Assembly (NCBI RefSeq): GCF_017876815.1
Contig: NZ_JAGIOS010000001.1
Span: 1,320,001-1,352,000 of the forward strand
Length of the DNA stretch: 32,000 bases
Direction: 5' to 3'
From: Sinorhizobium meliloti
GTDB lineage: Bacteria; Pseudomonadota; Alphaproteobacteria; Rhizobiales; Rhizobiaceae
The notes under the pieces were generated by a model. The model had not been told where the DNA came from, did not search any database, and worked only from the letters and a program-made list of their open reading frames with translations. A program made the position numbers and the translations under genes. Positions within the stretch are counted from its first letter, which is position 1. Each line of letters opens with the position of its first letter. Shown here piece after piece: positions 28,563 through 32,000 of the stretch.

Positions 28563-29673
28563 GGCTGGACTGCGGGCGATATCGGACCGAGGCCGCGCGG
28601 GGTACGAAAATGAAGAACTCTGCGTCGTTGCGCACGCAACCCGCGAGTTCCCCCGCCTGGTCGCCGGAGCCCGTGAAGATATCGCCGCGCGCCGGGCCGA
28701 CGATGGCTGAACCGGTGTCGAGCGCGAGCATCAGGCGACCGAAGGGATGTCCGCCGTCGAGATGGGTCAGGGTTTCGCTCGCGACATAAAAGGGAACGCC
28801 GAATGTGTGGATGAGGCGGTCGACCGCAAGCGAGCGTCCCGGCTCGAGCGGCACCTTGGCAGCCGCCACGGGGCCAAGCCCCTCCTCCTCGACCGGCGCC
28901 TCGCGGAAAAAGATGAAGGACCGGTTGTGCCACAGAACCTCGTCCGCCCTGTCGGCATGGGCCGCCAGCCAGGCGCGAATGCTCGCCATCGACACGGTGG
29001 CGGCATCGATCTCGCCGCGATCGATCAACAGTTTCCCGACGGCGGAAAAGCGGTGCCCGGTTTTGGCGGCATAGGTGATGCGGCGGCGCGATCCGTCCGG
29101 ATAGATCAACCGCGCCGCGCCCTGCACATGGACGAAGAACACGTCGACCTTGGAGCGGGCATAGGCGATTTCCAGACCGCGGCCGGAGAGAAATCCTTCT
29201 TCGATCGCACGGCGATCCGGAAATTCCTCGATCCTGCCGTCGCGACGGCGGCCGAAGACGAAATAAGGGTCCATTCCTGCCGGCCGGTTCGTGTCGTCGA
29301 TGTCGACGAGGTCCGAGGGGCGCCGGTAGAAGGGAAAGCGGAACTCCGCATCCGGCCCAGCCCGTACCTCGATCGCGGGTTCGTAGAAAGCGGTGACGAA
29401 GCCGGTCCTTTTCTCTTCCGGGCAGATTCGGAACGGAACGAACTGGGCCTCGAAAAATGCGCGTGCGGCCGCCGCATCGGAGAAATCGCTGCCCGCCGCC
29501 TCGAAGGCGGGCAGGAGGTCGCCGACCGAAATGCCGAGCGAGCCGGTCTTGTACGGCTTCACCTCCGTTGCATGCCGGTGACAGCGCCGAAGCGAAGCGA
29601 TCACCGGCGCCGGGTCGTCCGCAGACCAGCCGGGCAGCTCCGAAAAGGAGACCGGCTCGAGATGAAAAGCCAT
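28555..29673 (-). CDS. mltA: Membrane-bound lytic murein transglycosylase A-like protein (MltA / 3D domain)
   Basis: MltA-type domain with a C-terminal 3D region (LALDTGSAIVGPARGDIFTGSG). I prefer the ATG at 29673 (372 aa), which leaves a 17 nt gap to the upstream gene. The listed ORF start at 29763 would overlap that gene by 73 nt. Confidence 0.8.
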   Translation of the reverse strand: MAFHLEPVSFSELPGWSADDPAPVIASLRRCHRHATEVKPYKTGSLGISVGDLLPAFEAAGSDFSDAAAARAFFEAQFVPFRICPEEKRTGFVTAFYEPAIEVRAGPDAEFRFPFYRRPSDLVDIDDTNRPAGMDPYFVFGRRRDGRIEEFPDRRAIEEGFLSGRGLEIAYARSKVDVFFVHVQGAARLIYPDGSRRRITYAAKTGHRFSAVGKLLIDRGEIDAATVSMASIRAWLAAHADRADEVLWHNRSFIFFREAPVEEEGLGPVAAAKVPLEPGRSLAVDRLIHTFGVPFYVASETLTHLDGGHPFGRLMLALDTGSAIVGPARGDIFTGSGDQAGELAGCVRNDAEFFIFVPRAASVRYRPQSSHG

Positions 29674-29690
29674 GGCCGCCCGCTTCCCGG

Positions 29691-30392
29691 TCAGTTTTCC
29701 GATTCGGTGGCGATCAGCTTCCAATTCGGGTCGCGTGAACGGATATCGCGCGCAAAAGTCCACAGGTCGTTCACTTCGGCAACCGAATCGGCGTCTCCGT
29801 CGACCAGTTTCCCCTGCTTGTCGTAGGTCGCGGAAATAAGCTGGCTGATGATCCTGACCGTTATGTTTTCCTCGGCGTCCTTGATCTCCGCGTGCACGAT
29901 ATCGGCTTTGTCGATGCCGACGAAGGTCGACTTGACCACCTCGCCCTTGGCCTCGCGCTCCGCAATCGCGGCCTCGAAGCCCTCGTAGACCTCGCGGGAC
30001 AGCAAACCCTTGAGGGTTTTGCGGTCGCCGTCGGCAAAGGCCATGACGATCATCTCGTAGGCCATCTTCGCACCGTTGAGGAATTCGGCCGGATTGAAGT
30101 TGGGATCCGCGTCGGTCATTGCCCGGAGTTGGGCATTCAGCGGAGTTCCGGCCTTGGCGACGATCTCGATCGCGGCATAGCGCGACTCGTCCTCCGCCGT
30201 CTCGCGACGTGGAAGCTGAACGACCTTGCCGTTATCCTTGGCTTCCGGCCCTTGAGCGATATCCCGTGGAGAGTAGGGATCGAAAGGAGGCCGCTCGCTG
30301 CCGGTCCTGCGACCTAAGACGCTACGCAATTGCAGGAAGATGACCACGGCAGCGATCAGGAAAAAAAATGTGATGAAATCAAAAGAGCCCAT
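29691..30392 (-). CDS. Tim44-like domain membrane protein
   Basis: An N-terminal TM helix (FDFITFFFLIAAVVIFLQL) is followed by a C-terminal Tim44-like domain. ATG at 30392, with an alternative GTG at 30398. Confidence 0.8.
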   Translation of the reverse strand: MGSFDFITFFFLIAAVVIFLQLRSVLGRRTGSERPPFDPYSPRDIAQGPEAKDNGKVVQLPRRETAEDESRYAAIEIVAKAGTPLNAQLRAMTDADPNFNPAEFLNGAKMAYEMIVMAFADGDRKTLKGLLSREVYEGFEAAIAEREAKGEVVKSTFVGIDKADIVHAEIKDAEENITVRIISQLISATYDKQGKLVDGDADSVAEVNDLWTFARDIRSRDPNWKLIATESEN

Positions 30393-30526
30393 TTCCACCC
30401 GGAACCGCTGTTAGAATTTCTCGTACTGTTCCATATAGTCCGGAAGGATAGACCATTCAAACGACGATGTCGCACCCATAAACCGGAGACCGGACAATTG
30501 CACTCACCTTCTTGCGAGCACGGGCG

Positions 30527-31102
30527 ATGCGTTTCCTGATCCCGCTCGTCATTCTCGGGCTGCCGCTTGCGGAAATCGCAGGCTTCGTCGCCGTCGGGCG
30601 CGAGATCGGCGTGGCGATGACGCTTCTTCTCGTTTTCGCAAGTGCCGTCGCCGGCATCATGCTCCTGCGCATCCAGGGATTCGGCGTGCTCCGGCGCGTG
30701 CAGGAGGCGGCGCGGACGGGCAACGATCCGGGGCTGGACGTTCTCGGCGGTGTGCTGATCTTCATCGCCGCTATCCTGTTGATCGTGCCCGGTTTCATCA
30801 GCGACCTCGTCGGCCTTCTCATCTTTCTGCCCCCGGTCCGGCGCGCCATCGCCGCCTTCCTGCGCAGAAGGATGACGATTTTGAGCAGCGCAACCGGCTT
30901 CTATCGTTCCTCCAGGCGCCAATCCCCTGGCCCTCAATCCTCTGGTCCTCAGTCCTCTGGCCCCCAATCCGCTGGCCCCCAGTCCGCTGGCACCCCTCGC
31001 GAGCAGCGCCGCGGCCCGCTGACGATCGATCTCGACGAGGACGAATTTTCGCGCAAGACAAAGGACGAAGACGACCCGCCGCCGGATCGTCCGCCTCATT
31101 GA
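30527..31102 (+). CDS. fxsA: FxsA-family cytoplasmic membrane protein with a repetitive C-terminal tail
   Basis: MRFLIPLVILGLPLAEIAGF... and LIVPGFISDLVGLLIFLPPVR are typical of FxsA. ATG at 30527; the listed ORF starts at a TTG at 30512. Confidence 0.85.
   Translation: MRFLIPLVILGLPLAEIAGFVAVGREIGVAMTLLLVFASAVAGIMLLRIQGFGVLRRVQEAARTGNDPGLDVLGGVLIFIAAILLIVPGFISDLVGLLIFLPPVRRAIAAFLRRRMTILSSATGFYRSSRRQSPGPQSSGPQSSGPQSAGPQSAGTPREQRRGPLTIDLDEDEFSRKTKDEDDPPPDRPPH
30917..30991 (+). repeat. Five tandem copies of a 15 bp unit inside fxsA
   Basis: cgccaatcccctggc cctcaatcctctggt cctcagtcctctggc ccccaatccgctggc ccccagtccgctggc, encoding (R/P)QS(P/S/A)G pentapeptides. Confidence 0.9.
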
Positions 31103-31269
31103 TCCGAGCTTCACTTTTTCTGATCCCGGCTCCAATCGGGTCTATAATACCGGTTCCCAAAGAAGGGTCGGACGTGTTCCTGCGTCGGGCCAGGCCGGGC
31201 CACGAGGGTTGTAAGCCCAGGCCCTAAATGCTAGATGGCCTCACCAATTCGAAGTCCGAGGAAACTCTT

Positions 31270-31776
31270 ATGACGACTGATACCGCATCCAACGGCAACG
31301 GCAGTGCCCAGCAGCAGAGCCCGTCGCTCAATATCCTGGCCCAGTACGTCAAGGACCTCTCCTTCGAGAACCCCGGCGCACCGCGTTCGCTGCAGGCTCG
31401 CGACCGCTCCCCGTCGATCAACATCAATGTCAATGTCAATGCCAATCCGCTGGCGGAGAATGATTTCGACGTTGTCCTGTCGTTGAGCGCCCAGGCGAAG
31501 GACGGCGACAAGATGCTCTTCAACGTCGAGCTCGCCTATGGCGGCGTCTTCCGCGTTGCCGGCTTCCCGCAGGAGCACATGCTGCCGCTGCTCTTCATCG
31601 AGTGCCCGCGCCTCCTGTTCCCCTTCGCGCGCCAGATCGTAGCCGACGCCACCCGCAACGGCGGCTTCCCGCCGCTGATGATCGATCCCATCGATTTCGC
31701 GCAGATGTTTGCCCAGCGCATGGCCGAGGAAAAGGTCCGCGCGCAGGTGGCCAATACCAACGACACGGCCAACTGA
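31270..31776 (+). CDS. secB: Protein-export chaperone SecB
   Basis: 168 aa from the ATG at 31270, with a [60 protein letters not shown]. Confidence 0.93.
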   Translation: MTTDTASNGNGSAQQQSPSLNILAQYVKDLSFENPGAPRSLQARDRSPSININVNVNANPLAENDFDVVLSLSAQAKDGDKMLFNVELAYGGVFRVAGFPQEHMLPLLFIECPRLLFPFARQIVADATRNGGFPPLMIDPIDFAQMFAQRMAEEKVRAQVANTNDTAN

Positions 31777-31796
31777 TCGGTCCGAATGATTGGAAG

Positions 31797-31823
31797 ACCC
31801 GGCTCACCGAGCCGGGTTTTTTG
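31797..31823 (+). terminator. Rho-independent terminator of secB
   Basis: acccggctc-acc-gagccgggt followed by tttttt. Confidence 0.85.
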
Positions 31824-31881
31824 TGCCCGGTCTATGCGATTCGGCTTGAGAAACCTCGCGGGCGCCGCAATACGGATAGGC

Positions 31882-32000
31882 CTAGACAGCTTCCGATCTG
31901 AGAACGTCATCGGCTTCGCTGTACTTCGACCAGATCGCATTCGCGCCGATCTTCGCGACGAGCGCCGCATGGGCGGCGATCTCGGCCTCCGTCAGCCGTG
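31882..32000 (-). CDS. dnaQ: 3' end of a gene running off the window, probably DNA polymerase III epsilon subunit
   Basis: My own translation of the minus frame ending at TAG (31882-31884) gives ...RLTEAEIAAHAALVAKIGANAIWSKYSEADDVLRSEAV*. This frame is not in the ORF track because it has no start codon in the window. The assignment rests on remembered secB-dnaQ convergent synteny in Rhizobiaceae and a C-terminal resemblance, which is weak evidence. Confidence 0.45.
   Translation of the reverse strand, partial: RLTEAEIAAHAALVAKIGANAIWSKYSEADDVLRSEAV

Noticed and set aside
31103-31269. A TATAAT hexamer (31143-31148) as the secB promoter.
   Set aside because: There is no acceptable -35 element at 16-18 bp spacing; the best candidate, TTCTGA, is at 19 bp. 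Support is too weak to list it as a feature.
31536-31970. A 144 aa minus-strand ORF overlapping the secB 3' end and its terminator.
   Set aside because: It is antisense to secB with an Arg/Ser-rich, low-complexity product. A different minus frame that is open to the window edge gives a plausible protein C-terminus (called here as probable dnaQ).

Overview
The window is high-GC alphaproteobacterial chromosome. The gene order looks Rhizobiaceae-like (Sinorhizobium/Ensifer, Rhizobium or Agrobacterium type), but that is judged from memory of synteny, not from a search. Most of it is conserved housekeeping DNA. Left to right: the 3' part of addA, then trxA; a minus-strand operon trpF-trpB-trpA-accD-folC; an M48/YgjP-like peptidase; a DUF2852 protein; the intracellular PHB depolymerase phaZ; a roughly 11 kb sugar or sugar-acid catabolic island; a nitroreductase; gyrB; a minus-strand XRE-Smr-MltA-Tim44-like cluster; fxsA; secB; and the 3' end of a probable dnaQ. 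The island holds a Zn-ADH, a CUT2-type ABC transporter, an aldo-keto reductase, a UxaA/GarD-family dehydratase, a divergent GntR regulator, an HpaI-like aldolase and gabD. I found no tRNA, rRNA or CRISPR array and no recognisable defence, secretion or toxin system, and I do not claim a new multi-gene system. The most unusual sequence-level observation is a family of about 110 bp composite palindromic intergenic repeats, present in three copies. Two of the three copies carry an insertion at exactly the same position, the apex of the same hairpin, and each insertion is flanked by a 9 bp direct duplication. One insertion is an intact 1299 bp IS4-family insertion sequence. The other is a roughly 113 bp non-coding MITE-like element. 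This points to hairpin-apex-targeted transposition. Secondary points are the unusual enzyme combination in the catabolic island, a GntR regulator with two tandem winged-helix domains, several unexplained structured intergenic motifs, and a 15 bp tandem repeat inside fxsA. The many long ORFs antisense to the real genes are high-GC shadow ORFs.
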